NCBI GenBank assembly: GCA_029717555.1 | Contig: JAMDHS010000080.1 | Location: 1-64,000, forward strand | Origin: Peribolospora baueri | Lineage: Eukaryota | Reading direction: 5' to 3' | DNA: 64,000 nt | Shown: one piece after another, positions 12,083-24,858 of the stretch | Layout: each line of letters opens with the position of its first letter | Numbering within the stretch: the first letter of the stretch is position 1 | Made by a program: the position numbers and the translations under genes | The notes under the pieces: generated by a model | The model's database searches: none | What the model was told of the DNA's origin: nothing | What the model saw: the letters and a program-made list of their open reading frames with translations, nothing else

Positions 12083-12860
12083 TGGAGCGTGACAGGATGC
12101 TGTACCACACCACCGGAAAGACAAGATCAGGGCGATAAAAACGCTGTAAGGACACAAACTCCGGGTCTGGAGTGGGATGGAAGAAGGGAAAAAAACAGAC
12201 GGCAGGACCGAAGGGAAAAAAGTTCTTGCAAGCAAAAGCAACAGCGACGGCAATGGTGGCCATAAACGGCGAAACGTGCCATGCAACGCCGTAAAACAGC
12301 CAGAAGGCGTCTCATCGCCGTCGTCAGCTCAAACAAGGCCAGACTGGTCCCAAATAGTGGGCAAGTGTGCTCGGCCGCATGCGTGCCGGGGGACGAGCCA
12401 GTGGTCATCACACTACATAGACATCGAGGGTGCCTCAAAACAAGATGCACAGCGACTTGTCCACTGGAGTATCGCCACGGGCTCTGATATGTACGGCCTA
12501 ACCTGATAATTCGTGGAATTGATCATGTGCACCAATTGTGGCTCGACAGACTCTCCGAAAAGGAGAAGATGAAAAAGCTGGGAAGAGGGACGGGGGAAGA
12601 TGATTGGGGGTGGTCGGTGTCCGGGATCGGACAATGTAGAGCCAAGACTTCCGCGACTCGGTTAACGCCGCCTCGCACGTGACGATACATGCACCAGCCG
12701 ATTGTGGCCGGCATGGTTACGTCATGGGGGAGCAATGGACAAGAGGCCGGTCTCCGGTTGGCATGCAGTTCCTAGACTCTCTCACCTCTACGTCCATCTT
12801 CACCGTCCTTCTTCGCCCTTCAGAGTCTTCGACAAACGATCTCCATCCATCCTCGTCACA

Positions 12861-14088
12861 ATGAGGTGAGTCAATCCGCTTCCTCAACCGTCGCCTGTGC
12901 GTGCCTCGACTTGGATGGACCAACCGGGTCACGCGAGCTCGGTTCAGACACGAGTCCACCTCCGTTTGAGACGAGGAATGTGAACCCGGACGTGAACAGA
13001 TTAAATGGTAGGATCCAGAGCGCTCACCCCAGATTCCCGTTGGAACCCCTATCTTCCTTCTCACCCTGACCCACCCAGCTACGCTTCCGTTGCCGCGCAC
13101 AACGGTGAGGCTGCCGGTCCCTCTGACCCTTCGTTTCAGTGCGAGGTTTACACGCCACCAAGTTTGATGCGCCGGGCCACTTAGCAAACTTGGCGGAGTG
13201 CTCACGCTTGCTTTTCATTTCGTGACCTGTGGATACCCGCGCACAGCCCCTCCGGCGGAGGAGCAACCTCAGCCTGACCCGAACCTTCTCGAAGGCCAGC
13301 CGGCTGACAATGCTCAGTCTAGTACTGTGTCCTTGGAGAGTGCGCCGGACGTGGACAGCGAGAAAGTGTGAGTGGTCTGCTGATGGCGACATTGACGGTC
13401 GTTCAATGTCGTCGCCACCATGAGCTCATTTTCCCTTCTGCTTCATCTTTTCTGCGCCGCACATCGCCCCGGTTGCGCTGCATCAGGAACACCGTTCCTT
13501 CTTCGTTCGATCCTGCGCATCCACACACCCGAACGAAGGAAGAGCGTCTAGAGGCAGAAGCGCTGGCGAAAGAGAAGCAGCAGCGAGCCAAGAAGGATGA
13601 GGTGGAGGCCAAGGCGCGCGCGAAGAAGCGCCAGGCAGAGAAGAGGATTAAGAAGGCGGCCGAGGACACGGAACATGCCATCATCGGCGCTTGGAACACA
13701 TTCTCCAGGGATAAGCGGTACTGGGGTACCGCTCTTGGTGCTTGTAAGCGTTGGATGACTTGAACAGAGGGTGAATCTGTCATGATGTTGACTTCGTCTA
13801 TCCTTCTTCATCGCCGTTGTCAGTCAATGCCGCCATCCTCGCCGGTGTCGGCTACGCCGCCTACACTCACCGGGAGAACCCGAAAGCCTGGGACAGGCGG
13901 GTGGTGAGCGCCGTGACCGTTGGCCTCTTTGCCGTTTTTGGTGGTCAAGGGTGGGTTGGCGGTTGATCTGCGTGTGCTTCGTACGTATTCTTGCAATCGG
14001 AGGCTCACCCCCTTGCCTGCGCTTTATTCCCGGATTTACCTGGTACCAAAGCTACCTCTTTGCTACGACCCCCGAGGAGAAGAAGTAA
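12861..14088 (+). CDS. Om14-like mitochondrial outer membrane protein (6 exons)
   Basis: Exons 12861-12865, 13079-13104, 13247-13367, 13487-13743, 13824-13950 and 14052-14088 splice to MSYASVAAHNAPPAEEQPQPDPNLL..., a K/E/A coiled coil, then FNAAILAGVGYAAY..WDRRVVSAVTVGLFAVFGGQGYL with two hydrophobic segments. Confidence 0.7.
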
Positions 14089-14614
14089 ACCGAGTTGACG
14101 CCCGCCGTCGCCTCGCCTTGCCCGGTCACGATTCGTGTGATGTCATCAGCTTGTGGAATGGTAGATATTCGCCGCTCCTTTCTCATCCACTCGGAAACTT
14201 CGGATCGAATTTCTTTCTCTTCTTCTGACCTTTAGAGAGGCCAGTCATGTAACTGCTTCCTTGCCCCCTTTTTTCTCGAGACTGTATAGTTCTCATTACT
14301 GCCCGATGGAATTTGAGCTTTTGTCACTTGTGTTTGAAGTCGGTCGAGAGCAACAAGAAAATGGAAAGAAGCATATTATTGGGGGTGGGTGGTTTTGCAC
14401 AGCCTACCGTCGCTACAACATCTCAACGAGTTCTGACCGAGGTGATCGTAGAGGTAACTGCGAGGTGGGAAGGCTTTACAAGGTCTGTACAGATGATCCG
14501 TGCGCAGGTCCCATACAATTATCGCCGTCTATTTCCGCAATATCTTTCTATTTCCCTCGTCTCGGCAACCTCGGAGCAGAGCAAGGCGTACTTGTCCTCC
14601 TCCACCTTCTCGCG

Positions 14615-15806
14615 ATGGCTACTAACATTACTTTCCACGAGGGTGAGTTGAATCGCGGCGCTGGCTGGCTCGGTTGCCAAGTTTTAGTCATGTACAATCA
14701 TCCCCGTGCATCGAAGCTTTTTGCTCGTGGCTCACCCGCCCTTCTCGTGTCCGCCTTCAGGTTCCGTCTCCTACAAGGAGCGCTCTGAGTCCCTTGCTCA
14801 GGGTGGCGTCACCATCTGGCTCACCGGTCTCTCGGCCTCGGGGAAGGTGAGCGGGACGATACGTCACATTCTGGGCTGGAAAGATAGGAAACACGCGCCT
14901 CCTTTTCGTAGGCGCGAAGCCCACGCAAGCTTTCCCCGCATTTCTGTTCGCTCATTCGACGTTTCCGGGCCCTATCTTCTTCAACAGTCTACCATCGCCT
15001 GCGCCCTCGAGCAGCACCTCCTCCACTTGAAGAAAAACGCCTTCCGTCTTGATGGGGACAACATCCGCTTCGGGCTCAACAAGGACCTCGGCTTCTCGGA
15101 GAAGGACAGGAACGAGAACATTCGCAGGATCGCTGAGGTGGGTTAATGGGGCCGGGTGAGGGGCGGAGTGACAGAGTGAGACGTTGGTCACTAGCGATTG
15201 TGTCCATGCGGACGTAAACTAAAGCGACCTCGTGTTTGCAGGTCTCCTTGTCATCGCCTTAAGGATTTTGGCTGACGAACTGCTTGCTGTCCACTCCCTC
15301 ATTCATGCATCGACGCGCGCCCCGGAACGCGCATAGGTCTCCTACCTCTTCGCCTCCTCCTGCACGATTGCCATCACCTCTTTTATCTCCCCTTACATCG
15401 CGGACCGCCAGGTGGCCCGGAAGCTGCACGAGGAAGGTAGGGACCGGTTGCCTTTCGTCGAGGTGTTCGTTGACGCCAGCGTGGAAGAGTGCGAGAAGCG
15501 GGATCCCAAGGGTCTGTACAAAAAGGCTAGGACGGGAGAGATTAAGGGTGAGTTGGAAGGGAGCTGAAGCCGAGTTTTGCGTCATTATCGATAGCCCGCA
15601 CGGCGCCGACTTCACGTGTCTGACCAATTCCTGAGCTTCTCTCGCCATCGTAACCGTTCGGTCCGGGACCCCCAGAGTTCACCGGTGTCTCCGCCCCCTA
15701 CGAGGCTCCGCCGTCTCCCGAAATCCACATCAAGAGCGACTCCACTAGCGTCGAGGACAGCGTCAAGATCATTGTCCAGTACCTCTTGGACAAGAAGTAT
15801 ATCTGA
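14615..15806 (+). CDS. MET14: Adenylyl-sulfate (APS) kinase
   Basis: [26 protein letters not shown] (P-loop), [34 protein letters not shown] and FTGVSAPYE across 5 exons. Confidence 0.96.
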
Positions 15807-16065
15807 CTTGACTCCCACCCGCCCTCTCAGGACCTGATCGGATCGCTTTTTGGCATCGGATCGCATATAGGACTGGACATGGTGGAACATTCCCGAATCC
15901 TGGAAACCCTGTATTAGAAGCATTAGAAAGTATTCCGAAAGAAGGGATGTGGACAAGCTAGAATTACAAAGAAATGCGATGCGAAACCCAACCACGGAAG
16001 AAAAAGTCGGCATCGAAACCCCTGCAAGATCCTCACACGGCGATTACAATCCCCCGTGTAGTCAG

Positions 16066-19000
16066 TTACGGGTCGATGCACACACAGTCGCAGCCGGGTA
16101 CGGCGCACGTCTTGCGGCCTCTGCGCGCGCGCCGCTCGTCGCCGAGCATGCTTGTGCCATCGCCGTTTGGAAGAACATCCTCGGCGGACAGTGGGAGCGT
16201 GCCGTTGGCGCCGTAAAAATGCAGCAGGACTGGACGGGGCGGGGACAGAGAAGGAAGGTTGCACGGATTAGCCGACTCTCCGAGATATACACATCTCATC
16301 TGCGAACGTTTCCTGAGGACGACCCGCTCACCATGTTGAGAGTGACCGCCGTGCTTGCAAGAGTGGCAAATGGCGAACGCATCAAGTATCTTTCCGTTCG
16401 GGAGCAGCCGATGCTTGCTTCTCTCCAGCTCGAATACGGGATCGATAGGCTCCCCTGGTGGGAGCAAGCAAATGGGGCATCGGGGAAGGGTGCGGTTGCA
16501 GTGTGGGCAGTGGGTAATCTGCTCGTAGCGAAAGATCACCAGGCAAATCAGTGAATAGTCCTGAGCAAAGAAGAGAAGTGAAGAGATCTCAAAGCCACTC
16601 ACCCTCTGTGTCTCTCCCGCCGCTTTGCCTTCTCTCCTCAACACCTCCCCGAGTCCGCCCCCGCCACCGTCTTTCGGTAACGCCCCCGCCGTCCTTCGCT
16701 CAGTCTGGTACTGATGCGAGATTGGTTTCTGACAGAAGTTGCACCGTATGCGCAATTGGGGCTTCGGCACGCCAATCAACGACGCAGCGGTACCCTCTCC
16801 TCCTCCTGCTACGTTTCCCACGGCCATCTCCCTCGCCCACCGACCTCTGCCTTGGTCGAAGCGAATGCGCTCCATGTACATCCGCCAACCATCGAGCACA
16901 AATCGATAGTCCTCGATCCAGCGTTCCGCTGTCGGAGATTGGAGAAGCGCGGGGTGAACGTAGGATGCCACCAGGGCTGGGGTTTGCAGGTCGCCCGTTC
17001 TGTCGAGGTAGGAGGCTAGGAGGGACATTCCGTCCGCCGTTAAGCCTGTGAGCAAGATACCTTCCGGATCACCCCGCGCGATGAGCCAATGAGCTGTCTT
17101 GGTCAGATATGAAGTTAGCTGAAGGAGGCAAAATTGACAGACAGATCGATCAGCCAATACACCCAGCTGACCTCCCAAACACCCATACGCATCCTAGACG
17201 TGTCACTCACACTTTCGTCGGACAAGAATCGCAAAGCGATAGCCAGCCTCTCGGCGAGCGGCAAACTCTCTTCATCAAGCACTTCCTCCCACTCCCCTCC
17301 AGCTACGTACGTCAACACGGCTCGTAAGTGAGGGTCGTCGATGCTGGAGGAGAGCGAACCGCAGGTCTCCTCGAACACCTTGCTCGTTCCCGGATCGACA
17401 TCCGGAGACATCACACCCTTTCCCGCCCGGCCAACCGGGCCATGCGCGGCCAGATGTGCGGCAAGGATGCCAGTCATGAGCTTGTGGCGTTCGTCTACAA
17501 CCACCAGACCGACGATCAGCTCCGCGTTGCGGGACAAAACCAAATTAAAAAAGCGAAGGAAAACACCCACCGCGACTGCGTTTCAGAGCTTGGATCGCCC
17601 GCTCTGTGTTACCAACAAAAAACGCCCAACCCGCTGCCCTCGCGAATTGGCCCCGGCTCTCCAATCTAAAAATAAGAAGCCGGAGCAAGCCTTGATGAGT
17701 TAGGATGTTGCCTCTGCGTAAGCCACCGGAAGCTCTCACTCACTTAGCGAGCACGCTCTCGCCATCTAGGGTACCAAAGTCTTCGCCACACATGCTTAAT
17801 GCGAGCTTCCTCTGTGCCGGCTTTGAGCTCGTAGCGCCACCCTGAATGACGTTACTAACAGTGACGCCTCTTTTGGCGTTCAGCGCGGCGGCAGCAGCAC
17901 CGAAAGCACCCTCGGAGACGTGGAAGGTGGTCGCTCGTGCTGTTGACGTGCCCTCAGAAGACGGCGGCGGAGAGGAAGAGCGCAAGGGGAAACCGAGCCA
18001 AGCGCCCAAGACGCCGTGGAAGGAGAAGTCAAAACCGTCGACGAGAGACTCATTGCCCTTAGCGTGCTGCACAGCACGCTCGATCCACTGCCAGAGCTCT
18101 TCCAGATGGCTGCCCGAGCCGTGCGTATCCCGAATGATTCGAAGGTTCTTCGAAGGCTGCGTGTTGGATCGTATAAAGACAGACGTGTTAGCATGCGCGT
18201 CGTGCTTCCGCGAAGAGGCGTTCGCTCTTACTCACGTCCATTCCGTAGCCCTGCTGCGCCCTTCTTCGCACAACCATGCTGATGTCCATGTTGACCATCC
18301 AGGCAACCTTCCTTTGCCCCCCGCCATCCACATTCTTCTTCTCCTCCTCCCCAATCGTCGTCGTGGCATTATCCATAGCGGAATTCAGGCCCCGGGCCAG
18401 CCTTGACGAGCCGGGCCTCTCGCTACTGCTGCTTCGCCTGATTGCCCTCGCACTAGGCGAAAGATTGGACGTATTGATGGTTGGCGTGAAAGGACCAGAA
18501 GTGGACGTGCTGAAGGAGGCGCCGAATGCCATCGGGGAGTCGGATACATCAGAAGGAAAGGGCGGGAAATAGGAGCCAGAAGCCCGATCGCCAGGGGAAC
18601 GAACCATGTCCCGCATGGCCGGAGTAGTCCTCAGATGAGCTGCAGCTTGATCAGTGAAAATCATGTCAGGCAATGGGCCGAGACCATGATCCGTGGAACG
18701 GAAGATTCGTAGCGCCTCCACGGCCGCATGCCAGCATTTCCCTTCATCGAGATCTTCTTCAGCATCGCTGCTAACCTTGCCCACTTGCTTCTCCGTCACC
18801 GTAAAGTCGCCAACCCTGCCACCGGACCACCGCTGGACTCGCGCGTCAGGCACGTGCCGCATCTCCACGACTTGGCCGTTTCGAGAGACGCCGAGGAGGT
18901 GCAAATCGTCCCTGGGCAGTATCTCCGCGGTAGAACCGGGAGAAGCAAACGTGAAGATAGACAGTGGCTGCGAAAAGGGTGGCACACGGCGAGTGCCTGC

Positions 19001-20554
19001 CAGCACAGGTGGGCTGCCGAGCGCATGGAGCGACCGTGCATCCATCGAACCACGGTTGTGAGTGCCCCGCAAGACCGAGCTCGGGGTCACTAGCCCCCCA
19101 ACTGCGCCGTCTTCATCAGTAGGTTCCCATTTATTTGTCCGCACCATGTTCTCCGGTGAGACGTCTAGATGAGTCCCTCCGCCATTCACAAGTGGGAAGG
19201 CCTGAGTCTCTTGGATCTGCCATAGGCGGACCACGCCAGTTTCGCGCTCGTGAGCCGCAATCACGCCGGGTCGGCTAGGCGAGAACGCGACGCTAGATAG
19301 AATGCCGCCTCCGGCGACCCCGGCAGTGCTTCCTCCTGCCGCCAGCGCAGAGGGAGAGTTGCTAGATGCTGCCGCGGCCGTGGCCGCCAGAGGAGCAAAT
19401 TGAGAGCTGCCAGGGAATCGGGAAGTGGACGGGCTGGCAGGCGAGCGTTGGTTTGCCAACCTTGCGGCCGCTACTCCGGATATGGCCGTCGGAGAATGAG
19501 CACCAGAAGAGACATCTCTGGCGTCCATGGCCGCCCACCCATTTCCGGCGTCTTGCGCCTCGCTCCAACTGAGTAAATATTCGCTCGGCTTGCGAACATC
19601 CCACAGTTTGATCACGCCATCCGTATCCATGGAATGACTGGCAAACCGAAAGGGGTTGAACGGATCTGCCACGAGTCCGTGGACGGCTTTCGTGGTATAC
19701 GTCAAAGGCGCGCTGGTGAAAGGAGTGGCGTTTGAAGGAGACATTTGTCCAAACGAGGTCGCCGCGGCCGACATTCGCAGGTCGTAGAGTCGAATCAATT
19801 TTCCTCCCATCCCGGCGAGAAGCTGCCTTCCGGCCGGCCCCCACGAACCCCGGCCGCCGTCGAGCCATGTGATCGAGTTGACGCCTTCCGCGCGACCGTA
19901 TTGAGCAATAGGCTTGAGTTCCGTCTGCAACGCTCGACCGTCGCCGGATCCAACCTCTCCAGAAGCGGTAAGAAACCTCGTCGCGGCCTCGACATCCCAA
20001 ACTTGCAAGCAAAAGTCACTTCGAACCTTGTCTAGACCGGCGGCCAATAGTCCAGCCTCCGAAGGACAAAAGGCGAGCGAGTTACAGGCACGGCTGTGGC
20101 GGACGTTGAGGGTGACAAGGCCAGGATAAGACACAAGGCTAGGCGAGCCGGAAGCGCTGGGAAGGACTGTCAAGGAAGAAGAGAGGCGGAAGAGAACGGT
20201 TCGTCCTGTGGAGAGGCCACACGCAACGAGGTCGTCGACGGAGGGATGCGGTGACCACGCGACCGACTTTAACAGGTGAACGTCGGGCTGCGATGCAACG
20301 AGGCGGAGACAGGGAGAGGCATGCGTCTGGAAAGGAGGCAAGAGGAAACGAATATGAGAACCTTCGCTTCGCTAGAGAGCACAGAAGGGCAAAAGCGCGG
20401 TCCTTGACAGATGGGTGTCAGCCATCGTACCCACATCGGTCGGCTGCTCCCATTCGACCAAGCGGATATCGTTGCCCCCGGCGAGCAAAAAACGCGACTC
20501 TCCTCGCGGGTGCCATATAACCTTCCGGAGGTTGGAGGTCCCTGAGGACGACAT
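16066..20554 (-). CDS. SEA4: SEACAT/GATOR2 subunit Sea4 (MIOS)
   Basis: N-terminal WD40 repeats (LLAAGLDKVRSDFCLQVWD, LLAGMGGKLIRLYDLR), DISMVVRRRAQQGYG and ESLPLAERLAIALRFLSD. C-terminal zinc ribbon/RING: CNFC..CPHC..LPRCPIC..CHSCKHGGH..CAVPGCDCVC. Multi-exon. Confidence 0.9.
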
Positions 20555-20773
20555 GACGCCCGCGGAGATGGGGACTTGCTAGCGAGTTTCTGTCGCGCGA
20601 GGCAGTTGTCGATGGGAGTGGTGGTATGAGCGCACGCCGATCCGGCCGCAGTCAAGGCGAGCGGTCGGCTTAAGGAGCAGATGCACTGGCCCGTCCACCC
20701 CTTGCCCACCACGACGTTTGCCTGTTGCACAAACACTTGCCTAAGGAGGAATTAACTACAACGACACATGCGT

Positions 20774-21533
20774 CTACAGCTTCCAATCCTCATCGTGAGC
20801 GTAGCTCCAGCACTTTCCCACCAACCTCCCCAGCTTGTTCACCCTGATCCTACCGAGTCGACGGTGTGTCTTCACCTTGCCGACCGCAACGGCTACACCT
20901 TCACAGGGGGCAGACATCTGATCCGGAAGAGGAGGATACGCGGGGTTGGTTTGCTCGTCCTCGAGACAATGAAACTCGCGCTCGCATTGTAAACGAGAGG
21001 GACCTGTGCTGCCGCCGGGTTCGAGCTGGATAGAACGGGAGGAGTTGGCGTGGTGACGGGCCGGGGGAACGTAGGGAACTGGGACGACAGGACCGGTCGG
21101 CTGCACGGGCCGTCAGCAGAGAGAGATTTAGCTGTGATGCTTTCAACGCTCTGCAGCTAGAGGGCCACCTCTGCTATTGGGTATTCACATCCGGTCTCTC
21201 ATCAGCCTTGGCGAAAGCCAACGTGGAGAATTCCTGAAGCCCCTCTTCCCGTTCTGCCGCTCGAGACCGGCCCACGGCGAGCTGAGAACATGAAAAAGAC
21301 TGACAGCGTTCAGCTGAGCGCTTCACTCTCTCATTTGGCCACCTCTCGCGGCTCACCTCCTTCTGCCGAACCTCGGCAGCCTCGTCATGTCCCTCTCCTA
21401 TGACGCCAGATGGGACTGCTTCCTCGCCCTCTTCTCCGTACCCAGCCACTGCCGCTGCCCTTTCCCCTGAGCTATCCGCTTTGCCACCTCTTCGGAACTC
21501 TGGGGCAACGTGAGGAGTAGGGACGAATGACAT
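20774..21533 (-). CDS. Possible small spliced hypothetical gene (model unresolved)
   Basis: Two minus-strand ORFs have plausible donor/branch/acceptor sites, but I could not join them without a stop. Confidence 0.2.
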
Positions 21534-22026
21534 GCCAGTGTCAAATGGAGGGAAGCGATGCCTTACCAGACGTCCTTAACGCCTGGCTCTGCTGAATCAG
21601 CTGGCTGGGCGCGAACGACAGACGTGCTCAAGCTGAGACCGACGCCGAGTCTCCGCCGCTTTGACAGACTGGCGGGCGGCCACCCAGTGTCAATGGACCA
21701 TCTTTCAGTCGTCCAGCAACGACCTACTAACATAGATACCATAGTAACTCACATTCCCAGAGCTCATCGCATCCGCGACTGGCACCGGGCCTGTCCCTGC
21801 AGGCGGTACGAACGTGGCGGAAATGCACGGCGTTAGCCGGTGATACTGTTTGCACGTGACCGTCTCCGCTCCAGACGCGCCGCGTGTCTCTGACGCGTGT
21901 CGGCTGGGAAGACGTCCTCGTCGCCGCACAGCAGCAGCACGAAGACGTCGGTTCCAGCTCCATCACCTGTGCTCACGCTCAAGGCGTTAAGACACATCGT
22001 GCCAGGAATACCTCTCCAACTGGAGG

Positions 22027-24023
22027 ATGGACAAGGCTCAATTCCTTCATGAGTTCACTACGATCAAGGCGGTCGTGTCCGAGCCAGAGACTGAGGACAA
22101 CTGGTGAGCGAGCTTGTCCGCGAGACGCTGCGTCTTGCCTGTCTCTCCTTTCTCGTACTCACTCTCCTTTGCGTCATACTGTCATACTTCTCAGGGAGAA
22201 GATTGAAAAGGCTTTGGCAAAGCTCGAGGCCGTCACCAAGGGGGGAGCATACAAGCTTGACGAATATGTTGGGGCGATCAGAGCGATAGCAGACCCCATC
22301 GTTGCGTCAGTGAGTGAAGGAGGTCCCTTGTTGCCTGCTGCGAAGCCTTTTAATTTTTTACTAAACACTCTTGTTTCTCAATTTATGAATCATCACAGAT
22401 GCTTTCGGAACGATCTCGGCTTTGCGGGACGGCAGTCGACCTCATTCAATCTGTCGCTCCACGCCTTGCCCACCGTTTCGAGTCGCTCCTACCCTTCTTC
22501 GTCCCCCCTCTTCTCAAACTCTGCTCGCGCGCCAACAGAGTTGTGATTAAACGCTCTGAGAGAGCCATCAATATCATTGCGCAGCACTGCCACCTCCCTG
22601 CCATCCTCCCTTACCTAAAGGAGGGCGTCAAGGAGAAGAGCAGCTCGGCGAGAACCGCGAGTGTCGATGGGCTCATTGCGGCGATAGGGGCGATGAGCAA
22701 GGACTTGGTCGGGAGGAGGGTCAGGGATATTGAGGACGCCATTCGACACGGGGCGACGGATAGCAACGCTGACGTGAGGCAGAGGACAAAGAAGTTGTGG
22801 GATGCTTACAAAGGGATTTGGCCGGAGCGGATAGACGAGTGAGTACCGAGCCAGACGGGTGTCTGTCACAAAGGCCGCTGAAGCATGTGAAGGTTTAGCT
22901 GAATCATTTTTGTTGCACCTCTCATTGAGATTTACCGCCCCACTCACTCCGACGATCCGGCGCTATCTCTCGATCGCCAAAGGAGGTGGTCCAGCTCCAC
23001 CAATAGCGGAGCCCCTCTTTCGGGCGAAACCTTCCAAGCCCCACCCCCTATCACAGTCCGCTAGCGCTTTCCCAGTGGAAACTCCCAGCTCCACGGCCCC
23101 TGTCAGTCACCGCTCTGACGACGCCGTCTCATCCAATTCATCCTCTGCCCCAACGTCCCGACACGTTCGTTCCATCAGCCATGGCGCACGGATCGAGCAG
23201 GAGATCGCTGCGGCCCGCAAGGCGAAGGAGGCGAAACCGCTGCAGGAGCTGAACAAAAACACTGTGCGCTCGGTCGGAAAAGCGGCTCGGGTAGCTTCTG
23301 CGCCGGCCAAGACATTGAGCTCGTCGAAGGAGCCTGGCCCTCGCCTGGGACCACCTTCTCGGCTGACTGTCAAGCCGGGAGGCACCCCTGCCAGCTCTGC
23401 ATCCGGCACGGGCACGGGTCCGGCAAAGAGCACCTCATCAGTCCGGAGACCTGCTGCAGCCCTCGGCGGCCTCTCCGCCGCGATGACGGAAGCTGCGATG
23501 GCGAGGAAACGCATCAGGACAGTCAGGTAAGTAGCTTCTACCATTCGTCGCTCGTCATTTGAAGACTTGGGTCGCATGCCCGACGGAAAGGTTTGACAGA
23601 TACGGATGACTTTCTCATCTTCACACCTCCAGCACCACCAGCACCACCAGCACGGCCAGCTCGGCGTCCCGTCGAACAGCTACGCTGGCTCCACCGGTTC
23701 CACCAGTGGCGACAGTCAAGCCGAATACTGCAGACGCAAAGACGCATGCGACCGCAGCGACGAAGGCAGCCGTTAGGCCCGCCGTGCAACCCGCGGCCAA
23801 GCCCGCCGCTAGAACGACGGCGAGCAAGTCCGGTGCGGGAGCCGGCGCACGTGCGGCATTTGTGCCGACCAGGAAGCCCGCTTGGAAGTCGGCGGCGGGC
23901 GGCCCCGGTAGCGAGAGCTCCTCTAGAGCTGCACCCGCTCCTCGAGCAAGGAAGCCTCCGGTGCCGCCTGCTCCCGGCCGGAGCAAGCATGTACCTGTAG
24001 AGAGCAGCGAAGGCGGAAAGTAG
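22027..24023 (+). CDS. CLASP N-terminal (TOG) domain microtubule-associated protein, Stu1-like, with a basic disordered tail
   Basis: Spliced sequence ETEDNW|EKIEKAL...IVAS|MLSERSRLCGTAVDLI...VPPLLKLCSRANRVVIKRS...GATDSNADVR, followed by an S/T/A/P/K-rich tail. The exact start is uncertain. Confidence 0.82.
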
Positions 24024-24858
24024 ACTGGTGGGCAAGAAAGACGGAGAGACAGAAAGGCGGTCTGGGAGAAGGAAGACGGGTAGGCGCGTGGCGACGCGAT
24101 CCTGCTCTTTCTCCTCCTCTTCATCCCGCCGCGGAACATGCTCACGTCGCGTCCAAGTGGCACCCGTAAGAATGCGGTTTGCTGACCGCCTCCTCGGGCA
24201 GCAGCTCCCTCCAGAAGGTTGCTGGCGGGGACGGTAGCACCCAGAACCCCGGCGGTCTGGCCGGCAAAGAAGAGGAGGGGAGGCCGCCTGAGGAAGGAGG
24301 AGATGGAACGGGTAAAGGATACCGACTAGACCGGACACAGGTCAACCGTTCCCAGCCCACAAGCCCAGGGTCCGAGCAAGAGCGTCCGGTCCGTCTCTCC
24401 ACTCCGTCCCCCCCAGTCTCATCATCCACCCCGAACAACAAGGCTCCATTTCGGCGCCACCTGCAAGCTCACGTCGGACGCTGGGCGCTCTCTCTCTCTG
24501 TCTCGACATCGCCAACGTCGGACGCGCCGAAGGGGCTGGGACGGACGGTGTCGAGTCGAATGGGGCTATGAAGAAGGAGGCGGCGCACCGTGTTGGCGTG
24601 GAAGGGTCGGAGGCAGACGAAAACGACCGTCTGTCTTTCTCGGTGGTCGACGGTCTTACCCTAAGTATGATGCCTTCGTTTCCCCGTACCTTTGCACGTT
24701 TCCATGTCCCCATTTCAATCCAACGAAGCGAAACTACGCTACAAGGATGGAACATGCGGGACCAACAGTCTACTTATATGGTGCTGTCCTGCAATGCGTT
24801 GGAGAAAGTCACACTGGGACCCGAATACCATTGATCGACGAAGGGTGTGACGAAACGC

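Noticed and set aside
13030..13069. Alternative upstream CAG in intron 1 of the Om14-like gene giving an early stop
   Set aside because: It is a single AG without further support, and such sites are common by chance.
15804..15930. TGA CT context at the MET14 stop
   Set aside because: The context is TGA CTT rather than TGA CTA, and the extension has no targeting signal.
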